Assembly (NCBI GenBank): GCA_963777315.1
Contig: CAVZQC010000002.1
Coordinates: forward strand, 128,001-192,000
Source: Vulcanimicrobiota bacterium
Lineage (GTDB): Bacteria > Vulcanimicrobiota > Vulcanimicrobiia > Vulcanimicrobiales > Vulcanimicrobiaceae
Direction of reading: 5' to 3'
Length of the DNA: 64,000 nucleotides
Shown: positions 25,178 through 34,375 of the stretch, one piece after another
How the letters are laid out: every line of letters begins with the position of its first letter
Numbering within the stretch: the first letter of the stretch is position 1
Program-made: the position numbers and the translations under genes
The notes under the pieces: generated by a model
The model's database searches: none
Told to the model about the DNA's origin: nothing
Seen by the model: the letters and a program-made list of their open reading frames with translations, nothing else

Positions 25178-26374
25178 ATGTTTGTCTATCGGTGCGCATT
25201 GGTTCTCGCGTGCATCGGACTTGCGGCGTGCAGTGCGCAGCAGCGCGGCGGGGTGATCCCCGCGTCCCCCGCTTCCGGGCCGCGAACGGTCATGGACAGC
25301 CCCAGCGCTCTGCCGGGCGACAGCCCGAGCGCGCTGCCCGGAGATAGTCCGTCGGCTTTGCCGGGCGCCCAGCTCGGGTGCGATCTCACCTTCGAGGCCG
25401 ATCAGGCGAACTGCACGGTCGCGATCAACATCACCGTTCCGCCCGTGAGCGATGCGACCACGCCGGCCAATCTGCTATCGGGCTTGCATCCTATAGATTT
25501 GCGCGCGCGTTACGGGTTGCCGGTATGGCCTGCGCGGGGTGCCGTCGCGATCGTCGACGCTTACGACGATCCGCAGGCCGAGCTCGATTTGGCCGTGTAT
25601 CGCGCCGCGTTCGGCCTTGCGCCCTGCACGTCGCTCAACGGCTGTTTCCGCAAGGTCAATCAACGGGGCGCGGCGGGACCGTACCCGGCAGCCAACCTGG
25701 GCTGGGACGAAGAGATCTCGCTGGATTTGGACATGGTTTCGGCTGCATGTCCGGATTGTTCGATAGTTCTGGTGGAAGCCGATTCGGCGTCGTTCGATGA
25801 TTTGGGCAGCGCGGTCGATGCAGCGGCGCTCATGCGCCCGGCAGCAATTTCCAACAGCTACTACGGCCCCGAGTGGTCGGGCGAACGCGCGCTGGACAAG
25901 CATTACCGGCATAGCGGCATAGCAATAACCGTCAGCGCCGGCGATCAGGTCAGCCCGTTCTATCCCGCCGTATCGCCGTACGTAACCTCCGTCGGCGGCA
26001 CCACGCTTTCGCAGAGCGGCGGGTCATGGAACGAAACCGCGTGGCAATACGGCGCGCGAGGCTGCAGCCGCTTCGAACCCAAGCCGAATTGGCAGGGCGT
26101 CACGGGATGCCGCACCCGCGCCATGACCGACGTCGCCGCAGTCGCGGATCCGCAAACCGGTGTCGCGATGTACGATTCAACCGCCGGCGGCTGGGTCGTG
26201 ACGGGCGGCACGAGCGTCGGTGCGCCGCTGCTCGCAGCCGCATACGCGTTATCGTGGAACCCCAGAGATCCCGCGTATTCATACCGGCATCCCTCGGCAT
26301 TTCACGATATCGCTCCGGCAGGCTACGATCCGGCGACCGGCCTGGGATCGCCCAACGGTCTGGGCGGCCTATAG
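25178..26374 (+). CDS. Sedolisin-type (S53/S8) serine peptidase lipoprotein
   Basis: Own RBS (GGGGAG) and ATG; lipobox LAAC; EISLD, ISNSY, SAGD, GGTSVGAP, GYDPATGLGSP. Confidence 0.85.
   Translation: MFVYRCALVLACIGLAACSAQQRGGVIPASPASGPRTVMDSPSALPGDSPSALPGDSPSALPGAQLGCDLTFEADQANCTVAINITVPPVSDATTPANLLSGLHPIDLRARYGLPVWPARGAVAIVDAYDDPQAELDLAVYRAAFGLAPCTSLNGCFRKVNQRGAAGPYPAANLGWDEEISLDLDMVSAACPDCSIVLVEADSASFDDLGSAVDAAALMRPAAISNSYYGPEWSGERALDKHYRHSGIAITVSAGDQVSPFYPAVSPYVTSVGGTTLSQSGGSWNETAWQYGARGCSRFEPKPNWQGVTGCRTRAMTDVAAVADPQTGVAMYDSTAGGWVVTGGTSVGAPLLAAAYALSWNPRDPAYSYRHPSAFHDIAPAGYDPATGLGSPNGLGGL
25295..25366 (+). repeat. Three 24-nt coding tandem repeats encoding DSPSALPG
   Basis: Identical octapeptide three times with divergent synonymous codons. 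Confidence 0.95.
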
Positions 26375-26676
26375 CGGCGCTTTCCATCGGCGACAGCGCG
26401 TTCCAGCGTGTCGTAAATGCAGAAACGATCGGCCACGCCCGTTTCGACGAGCAGACCGCGCACGAACGCCGATCCGACCGCGAGCCGCGCCGCGGGCAAT
26501 TTGCGCCGCAGACGCTGGGCGTGAACCTTCACCAGCGCGGTGATCAGCGTCGTCGTCACGTACTTGGCGGCGGATAAATCGAGAACGATCGCCGGATGAT
26601 AAAATGCGGGCTGCAGGCGCTCGTGAAGCTCCTCACGCCTGGAAACGTCCCACTCCCCTGCCAGCGAAACGATCAT
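26323..26676 (-). CDS. STAS domain (anti-anti-sigma-like) protein
   Basis: SLAGEWD, IVLDLSAAKYV, LLVETGVADRFCIYDT. Confidence 0.8.
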   Translation of the reverse strand: MIVSLAGEWDVSRREELHERLQPAFYHPAIVLDLSAAKYVTTTLITALVKVHAQRLRRKLPAARLAVGSAFVRGLLVETGVADRFCIYDTLERAVADGKRRYRPPRPLGDPRPVAGS

Positions 26677-26822
26677 GCCGGTATCGTACGTCCGCCCGCC
26701 GGCGCGCGCCCTACTCAAATTCCGGTATGTGAAATGCGCCGGCCCGCGGGTATGCTGTGGATACAGAGAAGCATCCCCGCTTTACTGGATCGGAAGAGGC
26801 GCCTGATACACCGCCTCTTCCT

Positions 26823-28169
26823 TCATTTTTTCGGCAGCGGGCGCGCAGGGTTTCCGGCGACGCGCCCGCCGGGGGGCACGTCTTTGGTGACGACCGCCGA
26901 AGCGCCCGTCAGCGCCCCGTCGCCCACGCTGACCGGAGCGACCAGCGAGGTGTTCGAGCCGATCGAAACGCCGCGGCCGATCGCCGTTTTGTTTTTGTTC
27001 TTGCCGTCGAAGTTGCACGTAATCGTGCCCGCGCCGATGTTCGTGTCCTCGCCGATTTCCGCATCGCCCAAATAGGAGAGATGGCTCGCTTTGACGCCGC
27101 GCGCCAGGCGTGAGTTTTTCACCTCGACGAAGTTGCCGATACGAACGCCCTGCGCGAGCACGGTTTGATCGCGCAGATGCGCGAACGGGCCGACGGTGAT
27201 GTCGTCGGCCAGCGTGCTGTCGATGATGACGCTTTCGCGAATCGTCGCGCCGCTGCCGATCTTTGCGCCGGAAAGACGCGCGTTCGGCCCGATGACGCAG
27301 CGCTCGCCGATCTCGGACAAGCGTCCGATTGTGCTGTTGGGATAGATCACGGTATCGCGCCCGATCTGCAGTTCAGGTTCCAGATACGTGGCCTGCGGAT
27401 CGACGATCGTCACGCCGTCGCGCATGTGCTGCGCGCACAGCCGCTGGTTCATCTCTTTGCGCGCCTGCGCGAGCTCGACGCGGTCGTTGATGCCCAGCAG
27501 GTGCAGATGGTCGGTGGCCATCACCGGCACGACGCTCGCGCCCGACCCTGCCAAATCGGCGATCGTATCGGTGAGATAGTACTCGCGTTGCGCGTTGTCG
27601 CTGCGCAGGCGGCTTACGGCATCCCGCAGAGCGCTTTCGTCGTAGGCGTAAATGCCCGCATTCATCTCATCGACTGCGAGTTCGTCCGGCGTCGCGTCGC
27701 GCGCTTCCACGATACGCTCGACGTGCTGCCCGCGGCGAATGACGCGTCCGAAGCTGCAGGGCAGCGGCATCCTCACCGTGACCATCGCGAGCGCGGGCGC
27801 CCGGCCATTCGCGGACGCCAGCGAACCGATGACGCCGCGAAAAATCTCCTCGTGCACCAGCGGCATGTCGGCGTACGCCACGACGACGCGGCCCTGCGAA
27901 TCGGGTTCCAGTTCGGCCAGCGCGGTTTGCACGGCGTGGCCGGTTCCGAGCTGTTCGCGCTGAACGACGCTGCGGACTTGGAACCGCGCAACGTGCTCCT
28001 GCAGCTGGTCGTTCGTCACGACGAGGATATCCTCCACGCCCGCTTTTCGCAGCGCCTGCAGCGAGTACCACAGCATGGGCCGCCCGCACAGCTCGTGCAG
28101 CACCTTAGGAATCGCGCTTTTCATGCGCGTCCCTTTGCCGGCCGCCAGCAATATCGCGCGCACCCTCAT
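26823..28169 (-). CDS. glmU: Bifunctional UDP-GlcNAc pyrophosphorylase / glucosamine-1-P acetyltransferase
   Basis: LAAGKGTRMKS, GTGHA, EYYLTD, hexapeptide repeats, HLSYLGD. Confidence 0.97.
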   Translation of the reverse strand: MRVRAILLAAGKGTRMKSAIPKVLHELCGRPMLWYSLQALRKAGVEDILVVTNDQLQEHVARFQVRSVVQREQLGTGHAVQTALAELEPDSQGRVVVAYADMPLVHEEIFRGVIGSLASANGRAPALAMVTVRMPLPCSFGRVIRRGQHVERIVEARDATPDELAVDEMNAGIYAYDESALRDAVSRLRSDNAQREYYLTDTIADLAGSGASVVPVMATDHLHLLGINDRVELAQARKEMNQRLCAQHMRDGVTIVDPQATYLEPELQIGRDTVIYPNSTIGRLSEIGERCVIGPNARLSGAKIGSGATIRESVIIDSTLADDITVGPFAHLRDQTVLAQGVRIGNFVEVKNSRLARGVKASHLSYLGDAEIGEDTNIGAGTITCNFDGKNKNKTAIGRGVSIGSNTSLVAPVSVGDGALTGASAVVTKDVPPGGRVAGNPARPLPKK

Positions 28170-29608
28170 GGCGCAGCCGCCGCCGTCAGGACGTCAAGCG
28201 CGCAGCGCAGGCGCTCGCGCACGATGTCGCGGCCCAGCAACTCGATCGCGTCGTACAACGGGACCGATGTCGAACTGCCGGTAACCGCCACGTAAAACGG
28301 CCGCGCGACTTCACGGAATTTACGTCCCAGCGTTTGCGCCACGCCGGTGAGCACCGCTTCGATCTCCGCAACGTTCCAGCTCGGCAGCGCATCGAACCCG
28401 CCGATCGCCAGCGAAAACGCTTTACGCAGCGATTCGTCGTCGAGCTTGCCCGATCGCAGCCGATCGGCGCTGACGTTGATGCGCCCCTGAAAGAAAAATG
28501 CGACCAGCGAACCCAAATCGCTCAGCCGTTCCACGCGCGAATGCGCGAGCTCGGCGATGCGCCGCAGGCGCGGCTCTTGAAAACCCCATTGCTGCACGGC
28601 ATGTAAAAACTCGTCCTCGTCGTAGCGTTCGCGCAGGTACCGCCCGTTGAGCCAATTCAGCTTGGCGGTGTCGAACACGGGGCCTCCCGTCGAAATGTGC
28701 TCGATGCCGAAACGCTCGGTAAGCGCGCGCAGATCCATCATTTCCTGCCCATCGGCGGACGAAACCGCGAGCAAGCCCAAGAAATTGAGCAGCGCCTCGG
28801 GCACGTACCCCATGGCTTTGTAGAATAAGATGCCGGTGGGATTCTTGCGTTTGCTCAATTTGCTTTTGTCCGGATTTCGCAGCAAGGGCAGATGCATGAG
28901 CGCCGGCGGATCCCATCCGAAATACCGGTACAGCAGCAGATGCTTGGGCGCGGACGAAAGCCACTCTTCGCCGCGAATGACGTGCGTGATCCGCATCAGG
29001 TGATCGTCGACGACGTTGGCCAGATGGTAGGTCGGCATGCCGTCCGATTTCATGAGCACCTGCATGTCGACGGTATCCCACGCAATCGGAATGTCGCCGC
29101 GCCGCATGTCTTGCACGATGCACGTGCCTTCGGACGGCACGCGCAGGCGCACGACGTACGCAATGCCCTGATCCTGCTTGGCTTGCGCTTCCTGCGGCGA
29201 AAGGTTCGCGCACAGCCCGTCGTATCTGGGCGGCCGTTTGGCGGCAACTTGTTCGGCGCGCATGGCGTGCAGCCGCTCGGGGGTGCAAAAGCATTTGAAT
29301 GCGTGGTTGCCGTCGAGCAACTGCGCAACGTAATGGGCGTAGATCGAGGAACGTTCGCTCTGGCGGTAAGGACCGTACTGTCCGCCCACGTCCGGGCCCT
29401 CGTCCCACGACAAGCCCAGCCAGTGCAGCGAATCGAGAATCGCGAGCTCGGACTCCTTGGTGCTGCGCGCGCGATCGGTATCTTCGATCCGGAGCACGAA
29501 CGCGCCGCCGTGCTTTTTCGCAAAGATGTAATTGACGAGAGCGACGTACGCCGTTCCGACGTGCGGATCGCCGGTGGGCGAGGGCGCTAATCTGGTTCTG
29601 ACGGTCAA
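28166..29608 (-). CDS. gltX: Glutamate-tRNA ligase
   Basis: APSPTGDPHVG, RIEDTD, THVIRGEEW, KLSKR. Confidence 0.97.
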   Translation of the reverse strand: MTVRTRLAPSPTGDPHVGTAYVALVNYIFAKKHGGAFVLRIEDTDRARSTKESELAILDSLHWLGLSWDEGPDVGGQYGPYRQSERSSIYAHYVAQLLDGNHAFKCFCTPERLHAMRAEQVAAKRPPRYDGLCANLSPQEAQAKQDQGIAYVVRLRVPSEGTCIVQDMRRGDIPIAWDTVDMQVLMKSDGMPTYHLANVVDDHLMRITHVIRGEEWLSSAPKHLLLYRYFGWDPPALMHLPLLRNPDKSKLSKRKNPTGILFYKAMGYVPEALLNFLGLLAVSSADGQEMMDLRALTERFGIEHISTGGPVFDTAKLNWLNGRYLRERYDEDEFLHAVQQWGFQEPRLRRIAELAHSRVERLSDLGSLVAFFFQGRINVSADRLRSGKLDDESLRKAFSLAIGGFDALPSWNVAEIEAVLTGVAQTLGRKFREVARPFYVAVTGSSTSVPLYDAIELLGRDIVRERLRCALDVLTAAAAP

Positions 29609-29635
29609 ACTCGTGCGCGCCGGGTGCTTTTGCGC

Positions 29636-30049
29636 CTACGTGACCAATTCACGGCGTTTGCCGCATTCGCGTTCCACGAATGAAACGATCTGCGAAAGCG
29701 GCGCGCCCGGCGTGAAGATCTCTTTGACGCCGCGTTCGCGCAGCGCCTGGGCGTCTTCGGGCGGAATGGTGCCGCCGCCGAAAAACACGATGTCCTGCGC
29801 GCCTTGCGCGCGCAGCTGGTCGACGACCAGCGGGAACAGCGTCATGTGGGCGCCCGAAAGGATCGATAGACCGATGCCGTCGGCGTCTTCCTGAACGGCC
29901 GTTTGCACGATCTGCTCGGGCGTTTGGAACAGGCCGGTATAAATGACTTCCATGCCGGCATCGCGCAGCGCGCGGGCGATGACCTTGGCTCCGCGGTCGT
30001 GCCCGTCCAGCCCCGCTTTGGCGATGACGACGCGCAGCGGTCTAGCCAT
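29636..30049 (-). CDS. Acyl-CoA mutase cobalamin-binding small subunit (IcmB-like)
   Basis: [21 protein letters not shown]. Confidence 0.93.
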   Translation of the reverse strand: MARPLRVVIAKAGLDGHDRGAKVIARALRDAGMEVIYTGLFQTPEQIVQTAVQEDADGIGLSILSGAHMTLFPLVVDQLRAQGAQDIVFFGGGTIPPEDAQALRERGVKEIFTPGAPLSQIVSFVERECGKRRELVT

Positions 30050-30212
30050 CGAGTTCGCTGCGCGAAGCCGGGGCGAACGGCGACGGACATTCGTCGCGAT
30101 CGCTGCGGTGTTCCAACTCCTCGGCCAGCCGTTGCGCTTCTTGGAGCTTTTCCTTGACCACCCGCAACGTCGCCGACGCCGCCTGCCGCTGCTGCTCGCT
30201 GTGAATGCGCAT
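30042..30212 (-). CDS. Hypothetical 56-aa protein inside the mutase operon
   Basis: ATG 2 nt after the large-subunit stop; its stop overlaps the small-subunit start; helical sequence [35 protein letters not shown]. Confidence 0.6.
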   Translation of the reverse strand: MRIHSEQQRQAASATLRVVKEKLQEAQRLAEELEHRSDRDECPSPFAPASRSELDG

Positions 30213-30214
30213 CG

Positions 30215-31928
30215 TTAAAACGCCGGTCGCTCGGTGTAGCGGCCGTATACCTCGACCATGGCCGACGCGATCTCGCCTTCGGTGGCGTAAGCGTTCACGC
30301 AGTCGATCAGATGCGGCATCAAATTGTCCTGCGGATCCCTGCAGGCCGCCTTGAGCCGGTCCAGCGCATTCTGCAGCGCCGTCCCGTCGCGCCGCGCCCG
30401 CACGGCCTGCACCGAATCGGCTTGATCGCGCTCGACGTGCTCGGCAATCCGCAGCAGATCGATGCCCGTGCGGTCTTCGGGTTTTTCGAACGCGTTCACC
30501 CCCACGACGATGCGGTCTTTGGTTTCCAGCGAGCGCTGATAGCGATAGCTCGCATCGGCGATCTCGCGCTGGAAAAAGCCGGCCTCGATCGCTTCGATGA
30601 CGCCGCCGTACTCGTCGATCTGCTTGAAGTACTCCTCCGCGCCTTGCTCCATCCGATCGGTCAGCGCTTCGACGTAGTACGATCCTCCCAGCGGATCGAC
30701 CACGTTGGTGACGTTGGTTTCATACGCGAGCACCTGCTGGGTGCGCAGGGCGATCTCCACGGACTTTTCCGTGGGGAGCGCGAGAACTTCGTCCATCGAG
30801 TTGGTGTGCAGCGACTGCGTGCCGCCGAGCACCGCCGCCATGGCCTCGTACGCAACGCGCACGATGTTGTTTTCCGGCTGCTGCGCGGTCGCGCTGCACC
30901 CCGCGGTTTGCGTGTGGAAACGCAGTCTGCCACGAGCGCGGGTCCTTCGCGCCGTACCGTTCGCGCATGTGGCGGGCCCAAATTCGGCGCGCGGCGCGAT
31001 ACTTGCAGATCTCTTCGAAGAAATCGATGTGGGCGTTAAAGAAAAACGACAGGCGCGGGGCGAACGAATCCACCTCCATACCGGCCTTCACGCCCGCTTC
31101 CACGTACGCGAATCCGTCGGCCAAGGTAAACGCGAGCTCTTGCACCGCGGTCGAGCCGGCTTCGCGAATGTGGTAGCCGCTGATCGAAACAGTGTTCCAT
31201 TTCGGCATTTGATCGCGGCAAAAGCGCATCATGTCGACGATTACGCGCATGTGAGGGCGCGGCGGAAAAATCCACTCTTTTTGCGCGATGTATTCCTTGA
31301 GGATGTCCGCCTGGATCGTCCCGCCGAGTTTGGCGCGCGGAATGCCTTTCTTTTCGGCCGCCGCGACGTACTGCGCCAGCGCGATGCACGCCGGGCCGTT
31401 GATCGTCATCGACGTCGTGATGTCGGCCATGTCGATTCCGTCGAACAACGTTTCCATGTCGGCGAGGGAATCGATGGCCACGCCGCACTTGCCGACTTCG
31501 CCGCGCGCTTGGCGCGAGTCGGAATCGTAGCCCATGAGCGTTGGCATGTCGAAGGCGACCGAGAGCCCGTGCTGGCCGTGCGCGAGCAAAAAGTGATAGC
31601 GCTCGTTGGTCTGCGCGGCATTGCCGAAGCCCGCGAATTGGCGCATCGTCCACAGCCGGTCGCGATACATGTTCGGGTGGATCCCGCGCGTGTACGGATA
31701 CAGCCCGGGCCAGCTCAGATCGTGCGCCAAATCGAGGTCGGCGACGTCTTCGGGACCGTAGATCGCGTTCACGTTCAGGTCCGAAATGGTGCGGTCCACC
31801 GCGCGCGAGCCGGCGCCTTTGCGGCGCGTGCCCTTGGCGGAAGCGGCCTCCCACTGTTCCTTTTCGTGAATGAATTCGTTAGTCGGCTGCGCCCCCAAAC
31901 CGCTGGGACGCTGGATCATCTTGGCCAA
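30215..31928 (-). CDS. B12-dependent acyl-CoA mutase large subunit, isobutyryl-CoA mutase type; +1 frameshift at about 30926
   Basis: [29 protein letters not shown]; removing one base restores LRFHTQTAG and joins to GTQSLHTN. Confidence 0.9.
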
Positions 31929-32028
31929 GACTGCTCCTACTGCTGTGTGCCGCGGGCTCGTTCGCCGTGCCGCAGTATTTTCCCAATAATGCCCCTACCG
32001 AGCAAGCTTTTAGGTCGGAAAGGCCGTG

Positions 32029-33015
32029 CTAGGTCAATCCTTTGACCGAGGCCCGCATGCGTCCGGCGTGAACGGGCTCGTCGCCCGCAGAGCCTGCGAT
32101 GCCGAAACCGAGCAGCACCCGCTCCGCGGCGGCATAGGGATCGACGCCTGCGGCCACCTCGCTGCGCAGCTCGCGGTCCAGTTTGCGCTCCAAATGGCCC
32201 AGCGCGAGCGCGCGAACCTGATGGGTGAAGGCGTCGCGGCGCTTTTCCGCCATTTCGCCGCTGTGCTGCAGGTAGGCGACGTGCTTTTCTATCGCGCTCC
32301 ACAATTCGTCGACGCCTTCGCCGCTGGCGGCCTGCGTCATCACCAGTTCGGGCACCCATCCGCTGAAATCCAGCATCTCCATCATCGAGCGGATCTCGCG
32401 CTTGAGCTGATTGGCCATCGGGTGATCCTTTTTATTGACCACGAACACGTCGGCGACTTCCAAGATGCCCGCTTTGAGCGACTGTATGCTGTCGCCGCTT
32501 CCGGGCTGCAGCGCGACGATGGTGGTCTGCGCCAAGTCGGCAATCTCGATCTCGGATTGCCCGACACCCACCGTTTCGACGATCACGACTTCCAACCCGA
32601 ACGCGTCCATCAACAGCACCGCATCGGCGGTCGCGCCGGCCAGTCCGCCCAAGTGGCCGCGGCTGGCCATCGATCGAATGAACACGCCGCTGTCGGTGAA
32701 GTGTTCGGTCAGCCGGATGCGATCGCCCAGCAGCGCGCCGTGCGAGAACGGCGAGCTCGGATCGACCGAAACGACTCCCACGCTCTTGCCGAGCGAGCGC
32801 GCCTTGCGCACGATCGCCGAACTGAGCGTGGATTTTCCGACGCCGGGCGGTCCGGTCAAACCGATCGTCATGGCTCGGCCCGTGTCGGCGAACACGTGCC
32901 TGATCAGCTCGCCGCCGCGGCCCCCTTCCGCTTGCGAAATCGCGCGCGCAAGCGCGCGCGGCGAACCGCTTTGAAATGCTTGCAAGAGATTTGCGTAGTC
33001 GCCGGTGTTCGCCAA
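32029..33015 (-). CDS. meaB: MeaB/ArgK-family GTPase chaperone for B12 mutase
   Basis: GPPGVGKST, VDPSSP, GDRIR, ETVGVGQSE, VNKKD; TTG start inferred. Confidence 0.92.
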   Translation of the reverse strand: MANTGDYANLLQAFQSGSPRALARAISQAEGGRGGELIRHVFADTGRAMTIGLTGPPGVGKSTLSSAIVRKARSLGKSVGVVSVDPSSPFSHGALLGDRIRLTEHFTDSGVFIRSMASRGHLGGLAGATADAVLLMDAFGLEVVIVETVGVGQSEIEIADLAQTTIVALQPGSGDSIQSLKAGILEVADVFVVNKKDHPMANQLKREIRSMMEMLDFSGWVPELVMTQAASGEGVDELWSAIEKHVAYLQHSGEMAEKRRDAFTHQVRALALGHLERKLDRELRSEVAAGVDPYAAAERVLLGFGIAGSAGDEPVHAGRMRASVKGLT

Positions 33016-33080
33016 AGCACTACGAAGATTGCCGCCTGCCGTCGCGCGGACCTCCCCATTGCCGCTGCGAAGAACCAAGC

Positions 33081-34358
33081 ATGCACGCACTGGTTCTCAA
33101 CCTGCTCTTGTCGTGCGCGGCGTTCGACGAGGCGGTACGATTGGTCATGCGCACGCAGCATGTCGCCGGAATGTCGGTGGGAATTGCGCGTCACGGCAAA
33201 ACGGTGTGCGAGCGAGGATACGGGTACAGCGATCTCGGGCGTAGCCGACCTGCCCGTGCCGATACCGTTTACCGGATCGGTTCGCTGACCAAAGCCTTCA
33301 CGGCCGCGGCAATTCTGTCGCTGGCGGATCGCGGCAAACTTTCGTTGGACGAACCGGCAGCGCCGTATCTGCCGCCGTTTGCGTGGTCGCACGCAATCAC
33401 GATCCGCGATTTGCTCGCGCAGCGCAGCGGCATTGCGTCGTACACGGACGACCGCCGGCTGGACCGCTATGGTGCGTATACTCCCGAACAGCTGCTCTCT
33501 GCCGCCGCTCTGCAGCCTCCGGAGTTCGAACCGGGGGCGCGCTTTGGATACAGCAACACGAACTACGTTGCGCTCGGCGCAATCATCGAACGCGTCACCC
33601 GGATGCCGTACGCGGCGTACCTGCAATCCGCGGTGCTCGAACCGCTGGGTCTGCGCCATACGCGCTACGGTGACCAAACCGGACAGGCGCGCGGCTACGC
33701 TCGCAATGCGCTCGAGTTCCCCGTGCGCCCGTCGTCCACGTCGTACGCGTTTTCGGCAGCGGGAATGACCTCCGACGTCCCGGATCTGCTGCGATGGCTG
33801 AACGTCGCGCGCGAACCGTACTATGGCTTTCTGCAGTCCGGAATATACGGATACCACGCAATTTACGCCGTCGGAAACGTCGACGGGTACAGCGCTTTCG
33901 AGCTGCTCGTTCCGCAAACGCGCGATGCGCTGGTCGTTCTGACCAACGCAGACCAGCTCGATGTGATTCCGCTGGCCGAAAGCATGTTCGCCGCGCTGGA
34001 ACCGCCCGAGGATGCAGCATTCGCGCAAGGTTTTGGACCCGCGCAAAATGAGGACCCGCGCGTGACCGCACTGGTAAGAGCCGTGCTCGAACAGATCCGC
34101 TCCGGTACGATCGATCCCGCGCTGCTGACGCCGCGATTTGCAGCCATGCTCGCGCGCGGGCAAGGCGATCGATTGCGCCGGCGGCTGGCGCCGCTCGGCA
34201 CGATAACGCAGGTTGAATTCACCCGGCGCGAAACTTCCGGTGCGGTCGTGAACGCGTATTACTACGTGAGTTTTTCCGGCGGGTCGCGCGTCGGGATTCG
34301 GGTTGCCTTGCGCGACGACCGCACCGTCGACGGTATCGCCATATTCGACGATTCGTAA
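33081..34358 (+). CDS. Serine hydrolase (beta-lactamase/AmpC-like family)
   Basis: IGSLTK (SxxK) and YSN motifs. Confidence 0.85.
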   Translation: MHALVLNLLLSCAAFDEAVRLVMRTQHVAGMSVGIARHGKTVCERGYGYSDLGRSRPARADTVYRIGSLTKAFTAAAILSLADRGKLSLDEPAAPYLPPFAWSHAITIRDLLAQRSGIASYTDDRRLDRYGAYTPEQLLSAAALQPPEFEPGARFGYSNTNYVALGAIIERVTRMPYAAYLQSAVLEPLGLRHTRYGDQTGQARGYARNALEFPVRPSSTSYAFSAAGMTSDVPDLLRWLNVAREPYYGFLQSGIYGYHAIYAVGNVDGYSAFELLVPQTRDALVVLTNADQLDVIPLAESMFAALEPPEDAAFAQGFGPAQNEDPRVTALVRAVLEQIRSGTIDPALLTPRFAAMLARGQGDRLRRRLAPLGTITQVEFTRRETSGAVVNAYYYVSFSGGSRVGIRVALRDDRTVDGIAIFDDS

Positions 34359-34375
34359 CTGCGGTCGCCGTCGTC

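Noticed and set aside
22493..26374. 1293-aa LuxR regulator-protease fusion in the ORF track
   Set aside because: Removing one base at about 25111 gives a normal HTH end with a stop at 25142, and the protease has its own RBS, ATG and lipoprotein signal. Most likely an indel artefact.
30215..31928. Mutase large subunit naturally split into two genes
   Set aside because: The break falls just before the conserved RFHTQT motif and is repaired by removing one base.
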